Below are positions 41,550 through 51,977 of a stretch of DNA of 64,000 bases, piece by piece; position 1 is the first letter of the stretch; each line of letters begins with the position of its first letter. The position numbers were made by a program, and so were the translations under genes. The notes under the pieces were generated by a model, which worked only from the letters and a program-made list of their open reading frames with translations, made no database searches and was not told where the DNA came from. Source of the DNA: Acidobacteriota bacterium (lineage in GTDB: Bacteria > Acidobacteriota > UBA4820 > DSQY01); contig JBMFSH010000003.1 of assembly GCA_049967655.1 (NCBI GenBank), forward strand, positions 32,001-96,000, in the 5' to 3' direction.

Positions 41550-42941
41550 CTAGGAGCTCTTCAGGGAGGGAGGCTCGGCGATGATGGCGCCCGCTTCCTG
41601 GCGGAGCGTCCAGCCGGGGCCTAGATTCAGGGTCCAGCCTTTACCCACCAGGTGAAGGGGATGGTCCAGGCTTCCGGGGGTCACCGCCTCCCGGCCGAGC
41701 GGAAGCCACAGCTCGTGCCAGTCGGAAGTCACCAGCACCGCGCCATCGGAGGTCAGGCTGCCGTCCGGCGACTGCCACGAGAAAGCGCCCGTATAGCAGG
41801 TCCCCAGCTTGCCCATGGCGATCTGGTGGTTGGGGTCGAAGACGATGCGCATGTCGCGGGGGCAGATGCGCAGGGTAGTTCCGGCCGTGAACTGCTTCTG
41901 AAGCGCCTCCCGCTCGGCGCTCATGCGGGCCCATCGCGCCTCCTCCTCCTTCTGGATCCCCTGGATGCCGAAAGAGACACCCAGCTCATCGGCCCTCGAT
42001 GTCAGGGCCTCCTTCTCCCGGGCGGTGAGGTTGCCTCCGGCCAGGGCCCTCGAGACCAGCGCCTTGGCGCCCATGATCTGGTCCGCGGCGAGGAGCTGGA
42101 GATCGGGCTCCGGCATGAGGAGGAGGCTCTGCCGCCAGCCCTTGGCCAGATCGTCCATGAGAAAGCCATAGGCCGGTCCCGTCATGTAGGCGAAGCTCCT
42201 GACGTAGGATTGGTTCGTGTCCAGCCGACCGCGAATCGTGGCCGCCAGATCGGCGCTGGGGTCCTCGATGGGGGGCAGCTTCCAGGCCATGTACTCCGCG
42301 ACTCCCTCGCGCACGTCGAGAGTCCGCTCCCACTGGCGCTCGTCGGGGTCGGCGATCTGGTAGCGCTCGGCCCGGAAGGTGAGGGCGGCCTCGAAGTCCT
42401 CCCGGCGCTGCTCTCCCGTGTGGCCGAGTCCGCGGACGAGGGCCTCCACCTCCAGCCGGAGCCACAGGCGCCCCTCGGGCTCGTCCAGCAGCTCCGTCGG
42501 CTCTCCCTGCGGGATGGAGGAGGGGAGCACCCTGTCTTCGATGCTATGCCAGCCTTCGCGGAGAAGCAGGCGCAGAGCCCGTGCCGCCTGGTGGGGAAAG
42601 TCGGATGCCAGAATCATGGCCCACGTTTTGCCGGCGAATTGGGTGGCGGTGGTGGCCACGGCCAGGGAGTGGGGCCGCGGCCCCACCCACAACCCCTTCG
42701 TACTGTGGAAGGCGGAAAGTTTGGGATCCTCGGTCAGGATGAGGTCGTTCCTCTCCACGGCCATCCAGCGGACGGCCGGCAGGGGCCGGCCCCAGAGCGC
42801 GCTTCCCTGCTCGTCGTAAAGGCTCGACGCCTGCCGCGTCAGGTCCCTGAAGTTGAAGAGAAACATCTGGGCCGACGGATTTTTGGGCCACAGGAGCGAG
42901 GCCCACAGCAGCCCAAGCACGACGAGAGCCGCTCGCTTCAA
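41550..42941 (-). CDS. Secreted hypothetical protein, degenerate zincin-like
   Basis: TTG after GGAGGGG; signal peptide; LWG, REGWH, EGVAEY, RSFAYMTGPAYG. Confidence 0.7.
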   Translation of the reverse strand: MKRAALVVLGLLWASLLWPKNPSAQMFLFNFRDLTRQASSLYDEQGSALWGRPLPAVRWMAVERNDLILTEDPKLSAFHSTKGLWVGPRPHSLAVATTATQFAGKTWAMILASDFPHQAARALRLLLREGWHSIEDRVLPSSIPQGEPTELLDEPEGRLWLRLEVEALVRGLGHTGEQRREDFEAALTFRAERYQIADPDERQWERTLDVREGVAEYMAWKLPPIEDPSADLAATIRGRLDTNQSYVRSFAYMTGPAYGFLMDDLAKGWRQSLLLMPEPDLQLLAADQIMGAKALVSRALAGGNLTAREKEALTSRADELGVSFGIQGIQKEEEARWARMSAEREALQKQFTAGTTLRICPRDMRIVFDPNHQIAMGKLGTCYTGAFSWQSPDGSLTSDGAVLVTSDWHELWLPLGREAVTPGSLDHPLHLVGKGWTLNLGPGWTLRQEAGAIIAEPPSLKSS

Positions 42942-43242
42942 GCCAATCCCCTCCGGACCCGCGGCCCCGTCTTGGATAGGCCCTGGCTCTACGCCCGGCG
43001 GCCCCGGTCCAGGCGGCCCGTGACCCACCGGAAGACCAGCAGGGCCGCGAAGGCCGCGAATCCAATCCCGGCGAAGGTATACCACAGATGGGGGGTGTGC
43101 GCATAGGCCCGCTCCATGGCGGCGGAGGAAGAGCCGCAGGCAGAAGGCTTGTGCACAAGCTGCAATCCTGGCAGGCGGAGCGCGACCAGGACCCGGAATG
43201 ATGGACCGGAACCGTGGGGCAGGCACCGAAGGGCCCCCCATG

Positions 43243-43276
43243 CCGTCATTCTGGCGAGCGGAGCGAGTCCAGAATC
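43243..43276 (+). repeat. REP-like palindrome
   Basis: CCGTCATTCTGGCGAGCGGAGCGAGTCCAGAATC; identical copy at 53232-53265, inverted copy within 49190-49249. Confidence 0.85.
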
Positions 43277-43334
43277 GCAGAGGGCCAAGGGCGACGGTGC
43301 GGCGCTCTGCCCTGTGCCCTCCCGGTCATCCTTC

Positions 43335-45176
43335 TCAGGAGCGACCCTTCGAAGCTTCCGCCAGCGGCAGTCTGACCGTGAAGGTGGCCCCCGGCGGCGG
43401 GTCGTTATTTGCGGCCTCCACGGTGCCTCCGTGGGCGGTGGCGATCTGGCGGACGATGGCGAGCCCGAGGCCGGTGCCGCCCTTGCGCCCCGTCTGGAAG
43501 GGCTGGAAGAGGCGGGGGAGCAGGTCGGCGGGAATGCCGGGACCGGCGTCGGTGACGGTGACGAGCGCTTGGGTCCCCTCGCGGCGCGCAAGCACCTGCA
43601 CCACGCCGCCCGGCGGCGTGAAGGAGAGGGCGTTCTGACCCAGGTTGGCGAAGAGTTGCTGGAGCTTTACCGCAATGCCCATCACCTCCAGGGGCTCCTG
43701 CCCGAGGTCCAAGAGGCACGCGCCGGTATCCGCTCCCCCCGCCGAGACGACCTCCTTGGCTTCCCGCAGGACCGCCCGCAGATCGAGGGGGACGAACTCC
43801 TCCGGGTTGATGGGCCGTCCCAGGGTGAGCAGGTCGTTCATCAGGGCGTTGAGCCGACGGGTCTGCTCCTGGATGTGCATGACGTACTCACCGAATTCCG
43901 GCTTATCCTTGAGCTTGCGTTCGAGGGCCGTGACGATGGTCGTGATGGCGAAGAGGGGGTTGCGCACCTCGTGGGCCACCCCACCCGCGATCATGCCCAC
44001 GGTCTCCAGCCTCTTGGCCTGTTCCAGCTTCCGCTGCAGCTCGATCTCCTGGGTCACGTCGCGCTTGGCCGCCACGAAGGCGGTAATGGTCCCGGAGGCA
44101 TCGCGCACGGGCGAGAGGATGGACTCTTCCACAAAGAGCGAGCCGTCCTTGCGCCGGTTGGTAAACCGGCCCCTCCAGGGCTGTCCGGCGAGGAGGGTGC
44201 TCCACATCCGTTCGTAGAAGGCCTTGTCGTGGAGCCCGCTCTTGAGGATTCGGGGATTCTGGCCCACGGCCTCCTGCGGCGAGTACCCGGTGATGTGTTC
44301 GAAGGCCGGGTTCACGTAGAGGATGGTCCCCTGGAGGTCGGTCATCACGATGCTCTCGTGGCTCTGTTCGATGGCGGCCGCGAGGCGGGCGCCCTCCTCC
44401 TCGGCGCGCCTCTGCTCCGTGACGTCGATGATGGTCCCCTCGATGGTCTCCTCGCCGCTCCTTCTGTCCGGGATGAGGGAGGCGTTCTCCAGAACCCAGA
44501 CCGGGCTGCCGTCCTTGCGGCGCCCTTCGGAGATGAGGTTCTTCAACAGCCGCTCGCGCCTCAGGCGCTCGACGAAGGCGGCCCTGGACTCCGGGTTCGG
44601 GTGGAAGACCTGGGCGGGCTGGGCCAGCGCCTCCTCCCGGGAGTCGTACCCGTAGATCGCCGCCAGGGCGTCGTTGCAATCCAGCAGGCGGCCGTCGGTG
44701 GTGGAGCGGTACACGCCCGCGAGGTTCCGCTCGAAGAGGAGGCGGTAGCTCTCCTCGCTCTCGCGCAGCTCCACCTCGGCCTGCCGCCTCTCGGCCAGCA
44801 GCCGCCGCTTCTCCATGGCCCCGCGAATGGCGGGCACGAGGCGCGCCAGGCGGTCCTTGAGGATGTAGTCGTCGGCGCCGGCCTTCATGCACTCCACGGC
44901 CGTCTCCTCGTTGAGGGAGCCAGTGATGATGATGAAGGGAACCTCGGGGGCGCGCTCGCCCGCGAGGCGCAGCGCCGACAGGCCGTCGAATTGGGGCAGG
45001 TTGTAGTCGGAGAGGATGAGATCGGGCTCGAACTCCTCCAGGGCGGCGAGGAACTCCTCGCGGGTTTCGACGCGCCGGGAGACGAAGTCGAGGTCCTCCT
45101 TCCGGATCTCCCGCTCCACCAGAGCCGCGTCCGTGGGCACGTCTTCCACCAGGAGAATGCGCAGGGGTTGGCTCAT
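43335..45176 (-). CDS. Hybrid histidine kinase REC-PAS-PAS-HisKA-HATPase
   Basis: ILLVED, ILSDYNLP, two PAS/PAC domains, GVAHEVRNPL, GTGLGL. Confidence 0.92.
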   Translation of the reverse strand: MSQPLRILLVEDVPTDAALVEREIRKEDLDFVSRRVETREEFLAALEEFEPDLILSDYNLPQFDGLSALRLAGERAPEVPFIIITGSLNEETAVECMKAGADDYILKDRLARLVPAIRGAMEKRRLLAERRQAEVELRESEESYRLLFERNLAGVYRSTTDGRLLDCNDALAAIYGYDSREEALAQPAQVFHPNPESRAAFVERLRRERLLKNLISEGRRKDGSPVWVLENASLIPDRRSGEETIEGTIIDVTEQRRAEEEGARLAAAIEQSHESIVMTDLQGTILYVNPAFEHITGYSPQEAVGQNPRILKSGLHDKAFYERMWSTLLAGQPWRGRFTNRRKDGSLFVEESILSPVRDASGTITAFVAAKRDVTQEIELQRKLEQAKRLETVGMIAGGVAHEVRNPLFAITTIVTALERKLKDKPEFGEYVMHIQEQTRRLNALMNDLLTLGRPINPEEFVPLDLRAVLREAKEVVSAGGADTGACLLDLGQEPLEVMGIAVKLQQLFANLGQNALSFTPPGGVVQVLARREGTQALVTVTDAGPGIPADLLPRLFQPFQTGRKGGTGLGLAIVRQIATAHGGTVEAANNDPPPGATFTVRLPLAEASKGRS

Positions 45177-45238
45177 GGTGTCCTCCTCCGCTGTCGGTTC
45201 GCGCGGCTCCGCAAGGGCGCGGTCACGGGGGGCGGCTC

Positions 45239-45682
45239 CTACCGGGGCGGCTGGTTCAACAGGAGCCAGTAGAGGCCGAGGTGGGAGACGGCCTGCACGA
45301 AGTTCTCGAAGCCCACCGGCTTGACGATGTAGCTGTTCACGCCCAGGCGGTAGCTCTCGATCACATCGCGCTCTTCGCGGGAGGAGGTGAGGACCACCAC
45401 GGGAATGATCTTCGTCCGCTCGTCGCCCTTCACCCGCCGCAGGACCTCCAGGCCGTCCACCTTGGGGAGCTTGAGGTCCAGGAGGATGACCTTGGGGATC
45501 GGGACCGTCTCCCGCCCCTCGTAGGCGCCCTCGCCGAAGAGGAAATCCAGCGCCTCGGCGCCGTCCGAAACCGAGTAGATGGGATTGACGATGTTGCCCT
45601 TCCTGAGCGCCCTGAGCGCCAGCTCCAGGTCGTTCGGGTCGTCCTCGACGATCAGGATATCCACCGGCTCATGTGCCTCCAT
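45239..45682 (-). CDS. Single-domain response regulator (Rcp1-like)
   Basis: [32 protein letters not shown]. Confidence 0.92.
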   Translation of the reverse strand: MEAHEPVDILIVEDDPNDLELALRALRKGNIVNPIYSVSDGAEALDFLFGEGAYEGRETVPIPKVILLDLKLPKVDGLEVLRRVKGDERTKIIPVVVLTSSREERDVIESYRLGVNSYIVKPVGFENFVQAVSHLGLYWLLLNQPPR

Positions 45683-48600
45683 CGTGCTCCCCCTCGGCCT
45701 CCGGCAGGCTGAAGAAGAAGGTGGCGCCCTCTCCCAGCCGGCTCTCGGCCCAGACGCGCCCGCCGTGGCGGGTGACGATGCGCTTGACGATGGACAGCCC
45801 CACGCCCGTGCCCGGGAACTCCGCCTTGCCGTGCAGGCGCTGGAAGATTCCGAAGAGCTTGTGGGCGTACCTCTCGTCGAAGCCCACGCCGTTGTCTCTC
45901 ACCCAGTATACCACCTGTGCGCCGTCCCGCCGTCCTCCCACCTCGATGACCGCCGGCCTTCGGCCGGCCGAGAACTTGAGCGCGTTGCTCATGAGGTTGA
46001 CCCAGACCTGCCGGAGGAGGGAGGGATCGCCGGTGGCCCTCTCCAGGGGCGCCAGGTGGAGGGTGAGGCCGGGGCGGGGCTGGACGCCGGCGAGCTCCTC
46101 GAAGGCCAGACGCGCCAGCGCCGTCATGTCCACCGGGGCACGCCGCAGCTCGTGGCGCCCCGCGCGGGAGAGGTTCAGCAGGTCGTCGATGAGCTGGCCC
46201 ATCTGCCGGGTGCTGGAGCGGATGACCCCCAACAGGCGCCGGCCCTCGTCGTCGAGCCGCTCTCCGTAGTCCTCGTCCAGCGCCCGCGAAAAGCCGTCGA
46301 TGGCCCTGAGGGGCGCCCGCAGGTCGTGGGAGACGGAATAGGAAAAGGCCTCCAGCTCCTCGTTGGAGGCCTTCAGCTCGGCGGTGCGCTCTTGGACGCG
46401 CCGCTCCAGCTCCTCGTAGAGCTGCACGTTTTCGATGGCACGCGCCGTGGCGCCCGCGAGGGCCTGGAGAATGGCCACCTCGTCGTCCGTGGCCCTCCTC
46501 TTCTCGGCCCAGTAGGCGCCGATGGCACCCATGGGCTCCTCCCGCCGGACGGGCACCACGGCGAGGCTTTTGACGAAGGTGGTGCGGTAGGCGTCGTGGG
46601 GGATGCGCGGATCGGCGTAGATGTCCTCGATGACGGCCGTCTCCCCGCGCAGCATGGCCCACCCGCTGATGCACTCCTCCAGGGGAAAGCGCGTGCCCTT
46701 CCAGAGGGGGCCGATGGCGTCCTCCTCCACGTAGCGGCACTGGTCCCCCTCTCGCAGCACGAAGGTCACGCCGTCCGCTCCCACCAGCCAGCGGGCCGAC
46801 CGGCGGACCACCTCCGTCACGTCCGAAAGGCTCCGCGCCGCGGCCAGCTCCTGGACGGCCACGGCCAGCAGGCGAAGGCGCTCGTTGAGCCGGCGGACCT
46901 CCTCCTCGGCGCGCAGGCGCTCCGTGACGTCCAGGGAGACCCCGCCGAGGAGCGTCCCCGACGGACTCGGAATGGGAAATTTGATGGAGCTGAAGAGGCG
47001 CTGATCGCCGTGCAGGGGCAGCCCCTCTTGCCACCGGGTCGGCCCATTTTTCGAGAGAGCCTCGGTGTCGTGGCCACGCAGGGAGGCCCCAACCTCGGCG
47101 CCGTAGATCTCTTCGGGCGTACGGCCGATGCACTCCTCGACGGGCCGGCCCAGCGTGGAGGCCATGTACTCGTTCAAGTAGAGGTAGCGGCTCTCGGCGT
47201 CCTTGATGAAGACGCGCGCCGGGATTGCCTGCATGAAGAGCCGGAAACGCTCCTCGCTCTCCCGAAGCGCCTCCTGCGCCTTGAGGCGCTCGGCCCTCAC
47301 TTCGAGGACCTCGAGGGCGTACCCCAAGTCCCCCGCCAGCTCGTCCAGGAGGGCCACCTCCTCCTCGCCGAAGGCGTGGGGCCGCTCGGCGTAGACGGTG
47401 AGCGCGCCCACGACGGCCTCGCGCACGCGGATGGGAAAGGCCGCCGAGGAGCGGTAGCCGGCCCGAAGGGCCGCTTCCCTCCAGGGGGCCATGGCCGGGT
47501 TGGTGGTCACGTCCAGGTTGAGGACGTGGCGGTTCTCCCGGATGGCCGTGCCCGTGGGGCCGCGCCCGGCGGGGGAGTGGTCCCAGCGCACCGTCACCCC
47601 CTCGAGATAGGCCCTGGCGCCCTCGCTGGAAGCAACGGGAGCCACCGTTCCCGTGGATTCGCCCTTGAATCCGATCCAGGCCATGCGGAACAGGCCTTGC
47701 TCCGCGAGGATGCGGCAGGCCCCGGAGAGCAGGCGCTGGCGCTCCTGCTCGCGCACGATGAGCTGGTTGATCTCCGAGAGGGTCCTGAGCAGTCGGTTGA
47801 GCTGGAGGATGCGCCCCTCGGAGCGCTCCCGCTCCGCGAGGACCGCCTTCAAGGCCCCCAGCCGCTGGCGGCGCCAGAGGCCGTACCCCGCGCCCGCCAG
47901 GATCATCAGGAGAGCCAGAAGCAGCAGTCCCTGCTGGATCATGTCCCGGTGGTAGGAGGCCAGCGCCTCCGAGCGGTCCACCTTCACCACCAGGCCCCAG
48001 TTCGTCCCCCGGATTGGCCGGGTGGCCGCGAAAACCGGCACGCCGCGGTAGTCGGTGAACGCGCCGAAGGTCTTCCGGCCCTCCGCGGCGAAACGGGCGG
48101 CGAGGCCGGGGGTACTGAGCGGCAGGCGAAGCGGGAGTGGTTTGGCCGGCCAGAACCGGAGCGGGCTGATGAAGAGGATGCTCCCATCCTCTACCTCGGC
48201 CAGGACCGTCTCGCCCGTCCGGGTTGGGACGGGTTGGTGCTGGAGCAGCGGGAAGAGCCACCGGGCGGGGTCCATGATGAGCAGGACCCACCCCCTCGCC
48301 GGCACGCCCCCCTGCTGGCCCGGTGCCCTCACGAGCGCGAGAAATCCCATCCGCGTGTCACCCGTCCTCACGCCCCGATAGATCAACGCCCCCTGGTTTT
48401 GTCCGGCGCGGGCCGCACGCGCCGCCGCGGCACACGGGGGTGCGAGAGGGGGAGCGCCCTCCGTTGCGGCCACCTCCTCGCCGCTTGCGTTCAGGACGTA
48501 TGCGGCCAGGTACCCGGCGTTGGTTACGAAGCTGTCGAGGACCTGATCGACGTGCCGTTTCACCAGGGGCAGAGCGCCTCGGCCGGCCAACAGCTCATCG

Positions 48601-48860
48601 ACGCTCGGGAAGGAGGCGATCTCGCGAGCGTCGCCCCAGCGCTCGGTGAGCCACGCTTCCAGCGCCTTCTCCCGGTCGTCCGCCATGGCCGTGAGGCGTC
48701 CCCCCCACGCCTCCACGGCCTGCTCCCGCTCGGCGAGGGCGTAACGGCGGGCCCCCAGGCCGATGAGCGCGAGCAGCGCCAGGCAGAGAGCCAGGCCCAG
48801 GGCGCGGCGAAGCGAGAGGTGCCCCGGTTTCTCGGAATCGGTTGGAGCCGGGAAGCCCAT
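45669..48860 (-). CDS. Membrane sensor kinase (Cache-like-GAF-PAS-GAF-HisKA-HATPase)
   Basis: Two TMs flanking a periplasmic domain ([10 protein letters not shown]); [25 protein letters not shown]. Confidence 0.92.
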   Translation of the reverse strand: MGFPAPTDSEKPGHLSLRRALGLALCLALLALIGLGARRYALAEREQAVEAWGGRLTAMADDREKALEAWLTERWGDAREIASFPSVDELLAGRGALPLVKRHVDQVLDSFVTNAGYLAAYVLNASGEEVAATEGAPPLAPPCAAAARAARAGQNQGALIYRGVRTGDTRMGFLALVRAPGQQGGVPARGWVLLIMDPARWLFPLLQHQPVPTRTGETVLAEVEDGSILFISPLRFWPAKPLPLRLPLSTPGLAARFAAEGRKTFGAFTDYRGVPVFAATRPIRGTNWGLVVKVDRSEALASYHRDMIQQGLLLLALLMILAGAGYGLWRRQRLGALKAVLAERERSEGRILQLNRLLRTLSEINQLIVREQERQRLLSGACRILAEQGLFRMAWIGFKGESTGTVAPVASSEGARAYLEGVTVRWDHSPAGRGPTGTAIRENRHVLNLDVTTNPAMAPWREAALRAGYRSSAAFPIRVREAVVGALTVYAERPHAFGEEEVALLDELAGDLGYALEVLEVRAERLKAQEALRESEERFRLFMQAIPARVFIKDAESRYLYLNEYMASTLGRPVEECIGRTPEEIYGAEVGASLRGHDTEALSKNGPTRWQEGLPLHGDQRLFSSIKFPIPSPSGTLLGGVSLDVTERLRAEEEVRRLNERLRLLAVAVQELAAARSLSDVTEVVRRSARWLVGADGVTFVLREGDQCRYVEEDAIGPLWKGTRFPLEECISGWAMLRGETAVIEDIYADPRIPHDAYRTTFVKSLAVVPVRREEPMGAIGAYWAEKRRATDDEVAILQALAGATARAIENVQLYEELERRVQERTAELKASNEELEAFSYSVSHDLRAPLRAIDGFSRALDEDYGERLDDEGRRLLGVIRSSTRQMGQLIDDLLNLSRAGRHELRRAPVDMTALARLAFEELAGVQPRPGLTLHLAPLERATGDPSLLRQVWVNLMSNALKFSAGRRPAVIEVGGRRDGAQVVYWVRDNGVGFDERYAHKLFGIFQRLHGKAEFPGTGVGLSIVKRIVTRHGGRVWAESRLGEGATFFFSLPEAEGEHDGGT

Positions 48861-48976
48861 TCTGGTTCCCCCTCCGCGCCGCCCAACGATGATTATCCCG
48901 TTGGGTCCGCCGCCAGCTTGCTCGCGCTGATGCCACTGTAGGCCCCCCGCACCGGCCGGTCAAGCCCTCCCGCCAT

Positions 48977-49173
48977 CCCAAATTCCGCGATGCAATTCCC
49001 GCCGGCGTGGGAGCCCTCGCCTGACGGCGACTACTCCTCGCGATTAGGCAATTAAGCGATTAGGCGAGATGGGATGAAAGGTCGGCCCCCTTTCAGGCAA
49101 ACTACCCTAGCTCGCAACCCATGGCTGGATGAGCCTTGCCTCGCCATCTCCTCGCTCAATCGCGGAATCTGGG
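48977..49173 (+). mobile_element. MITE family 1, copy C
   Basis: CCCAAATTCCGCGATG...ATCGCGGAATCTGGG flanked by 5-bp direct repeat GCCAT (48972-48976; 49174-49178). Confidence 0.82.
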
Positions 49174-49189
49174 GCCATCCCCTCGTTCC

Positions 49190-49249
49190 CCGTCATTCCG
49201 GCTTGTCCGGAATCAGGTTCTGGACTCGCTCCGCTCGCCAGAATGACGG
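49190..49249. repeat. Composite REP-like palindrome
   Basis: CCGTCATTCCGG-CTTGT-CCGGAATC-AG-GTTCTGGACTCGCTCCGCTCGCCAGAATGACGG. Confidence 0.8.
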
Positions 49250-49280
49250 CATAGGAGATGTCATGGGCGAGCGCCCTTGG

Positions 49281-51668
49281 TCATCCTGACCCCTCGCTCC
49301 CCGCCGTGCCCTCCACGATCGGCAGCTTCACGGTGAAGGTGGCCCCGGGCGGGGGGGCGTTGTCGGCGGCCTCGAGGGTGCCGCCGCTGCTCTCGACGTA
49401 GTGGCGGGCGAGGGCGAGGCCGAGCCCCCTGCGGTTCGAGCTGGCGGTAACGAAGGGTTCGAAGAGGCGGTCCCGGATGGAGGGGGGCAGGCCCGGCCCC
49501 TGGTCGGAGATGCTGATGGCGCAGAGGCCATCCTTGCACACGCAGGCCAGTGTGACGGTGCCCTCGGGCGGGGAGACCTGGGCGGCGTTGTCGAGAAGGT
49601 GCAGGAGGGCCTTGACGATCTTTTGGGGGTCCGCTGCGAACGGCTGCGGGCGGTCGCAGAAGGCGGTCGCGACGCGGCCCCGGAGGCGGGGGTTGTTCTG
49701 CTCCGCCAGGGCCAGGGCCTCGGCCACGATCTGGCGCGGGTCGTTCACGAGGATCGCTTCGTGGCTGGAAACCTGGCCCAGCTCCAAAAGGCTCTGCATG
49801 AGAGAATTGAGCCGCCCGGCGTGTTCGAGCACGTTGTCCAGGAAGCTCCGGGTCTCGGCGCTGGGGCTGAAGCGCCGCGCCAGGGCCTCGAGGTTGACCT
49901 GGATGGCGAAGAGGGGGTTGCGCACCTCGTGGGCCACGCCGGCGGCGATGGTGCCGATGATCTCCAGGCCCCTGGCGCGCAGGCGCTCGCGGGCGAGGGC
50001 CTCGTGCTCGGAGAGGTCCATGAGCGTGCCCTCGATGAGCTGTTCGCCTTGCGGTCCCCTGATGAGGGCGACATTCTCAATGGCCTGAAAGAGCGAGCCG
50101 TCCTTTCGCCGGGCCATGACTTCGTGTCGCGTGAGTGCTCCCTCGCGCAGGAGCCTCTGGAGAAATCCGCCATATTGCGACGGGTCGGCCGAGAAGTGGT
50201 GGTCCCTCGCTTCCATGGCTTCCGCCGAGGAGCCAAAGCCGAACATGGCCGCAAAGGCGTGGTTGCACTCGAGGAGCCTGCCTTCCAGTGTCGTCAGATA
50301 GACCCCGGCCAGATTGTGCTCGAAGAGGGCGCGGTAGCGCTCCTCGCTTTCCGCCAGCGCCTTCTCGGCGCGCTTGCGGTCGGTGATCTCGATGGAGATC
50401 CCGCCCACCAGCGTGGTTCGGCCCTCGGCGTCTCGGACGGGGAATTTGGAGGCGATCCACCAGGTCTCACGGTCGTTGACGACCAGCCTCTCCTGATCCC
50501 AGAGGAGCTCCTCTCCCCCCAGGATCCGCGCGTCCTCCTCGAGGATGGCCTGGGCCTCGGCCGGGGGGAGGAGCTCATCCACGGGCCGCCCCAGGGCCTC
50601 CTGCGCCGTCTTGCCGGTCAGCCTTTCCCACGCCTCGTTGACGTAGACGTAGCGTCCCTCGGCGTCCCGGAGAAAGGCCAAGGCGGGAAGATAGCGCATG
50701 AAGGAGGCGAAGCGGGTCTCCGACTCCTGCCGGGCCCACAGCTCCGCCCGGAGCTCCTCGTTGAGGCGCGTGATGGTCGAGGTCTTCTCGCGGATGCCGT
50801 CTCGCAGGCGCTCGCGCCGGTTCACCAGGAGGTAGGTGAAGCAGAAGAGGAGGAGGGCGATGATCCCGCCGATGGCCCAGTGGAAGGCACTGCTTGCCTC
50901 CGTGTCTGCTCCCCAGCCGGCCGCGGGGGCGGCCCCGAACTCCCACCGGCCTCCTCCCAGCTCCAGCGACTTCAGGACCGGCCGGTCCGAGAAGAGCGAG
51001 GAGGGGCCGTAGACCACCTTGCCGTCCGGCCCGCGCACGGCGATGAGGAGGGGTGATCCCTTGGCGTCGAATCCCGCCTCCTCGAGGAGGCCGGGAAAAT
51101 CCACACAGACTCCGGCAATCCACCGGCCGCCGTCCGGGCCCTCCGCCGCCAACCTGGCCGTGATGTCCGTGCCGCCCTGGATGAGCGGGTGGGGAGGGGT
51201 GATGATGACCTGGCCCGTCCGGAGGGTCCGATCCACCGCGCCTCTCTCCTCGGGCCAGGCGTCGTGCCCCAGGTCCAGGCCGACGATCGCCTGGTTGCCC
51301 TTCTCGGGGTAGATGTAGGTGATCACTCCGTCGGGCGCGGCCCAAACGGCCTTCAGGCGGGGCGTCCGCTCGTAGATCTGTCGGAGGAAGGGGGGGAGAT
51401 CGGCGGGCAGGTCGGCGGCGGGGGTCACGCGGAGGAATGCGGCCAGGCTCTCCGCGGCCGCCAATCGCTTTTCGATGGTCAGTCGGAGCGCCAGGACACG
51501 ATCGCCTAGCCGGTCGGCCGTCTGAGCCCGCTGCAGCGCGATGACGCCCGTTCGGTGGAAGCGCGCCACCTGGGCCCAGAGGAGCACAAACAGGCCCGCG
51601 GCCAGAAGGCCGAAGGCCAGCGACCTTCGCCGCGGCTTCGTGAGGCGCCTCGCCCAGGATTCGAACAT
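49281..51668 (-). CDS. Sensor kinase CHASE-PAS-PAS-HisKA-HATPase
   Basis: APDGVITYIYP..GN..IVGLDL, LIQGG CHASE motifs; GVAHEVRNPL; GLGL. Confidence 0.9.
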   Translation of the reverse strand: MFESWARRLTKPRRRSLAFGLLAAGLFVLLWAQVARFHRTGVIALQRAQTADRLGDRVLALRLTIEKRLAAAESLAAFLRVTPAADLPADLPPFLRQIYERTPRLKAVWAAPDGVITYIYPEKGNQAIVGLDLGHDAWPEERGAVDRTLRTGQVIITPPHPLIQGGTDITARLAAEGPDGGRWIAGVCVDFPGLLEEAGFDAKGSPLLIAVRGPDGKVVYGPSSLFSDRPVLKSLELGGGRWEFGAAPAAGWGADTEASSAFHWAIGGIIALLLFCFTYLLVNRRERLRDGIREKTSTITRLNEELRAELWARQESETRFASFMRYLPALAFLRDAEGRYVYVNEAWERLTGKTAQEALGRPVDELLPPAEAQAILEEDARILGGEELLWDQERLVVNDRETWWIASKFPVRDAEGRTTLVGGISIEITDRKRAEKALAESEERYRALFEHNLAGVYLTTLEGRLLECNHAFAAMFGFGSSAEAMEARDHHFSADPSQYGGFLQRLLREGALTRHEVMARRKDGSLFQAIENVALIRGPQGEQLIEGTLMDLSEHEALARERLRARGLEIIGTIAAGVAHEVRNPLFAIQVNLEALARRFSPSAETRSFLDNVLEHAGRLNSLMQSLLELGQVSSHEAILVNDPRQIVAEALALAEQNNPRLRGRVATAFCDRPQPFAADPQKIVKALLHLLDNAAQVSPPEGTVTLACVCKDGLCAISISDQGPGLPPSIRDRLFEPFVTASSNRRGLGLALARHYVESSGGTLEAADNAPPPGATFTVKLPIVEGTAGSEGSG

Positions 51669-51755
51669 GCCCTAGCCCCTTATCCTTGGGATGCCCGATG
51701 GCATCCCCGCCACAGCGCGAACCGTATCGCGGCGGTTCGTTATGGACCGCATTGT

Positions 51756-51771
51756 TGCAAGAATAGGGCCA
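51756..51771 (-). promoter_or_regulatory. Sigma-54 promoter upstream of the CHASE kinase
   Basis: Minus strand TGGCCCTATTCTTGCA (GG-N10-GC), about 90 nt before ATG. Confidence 0.6.
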
Positions 51772-51977
51772 GTGTCCTTTCCCCTGCCGGCCCGCCCTCG
51801 GCATTGCCCCAGCTCAGGCTGGACGGGCGCTTGGGGTTGTCTCAAGGATGAGTGAGGATTCCGCGGGGGGATGGGGGGTCCTGGCCGGGTGACTAGGCTG
51901 TATAAGAACGGTGACAAAAGAGGCGGGAGGCGGCTACGCAGCTTGCTCCGGCGCCCTGTCTGCATTAGGCTGAGCCC

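Noticed and set aside
51949..51964. Fifth possible sigma-54 site CGGCGCCCTGTCTGCA before the TPR gene
   Set aside because: Weaker consensus, and the predicted TSS would fall only ~3 nt from the ATG; could be chance in GC-rich DNA
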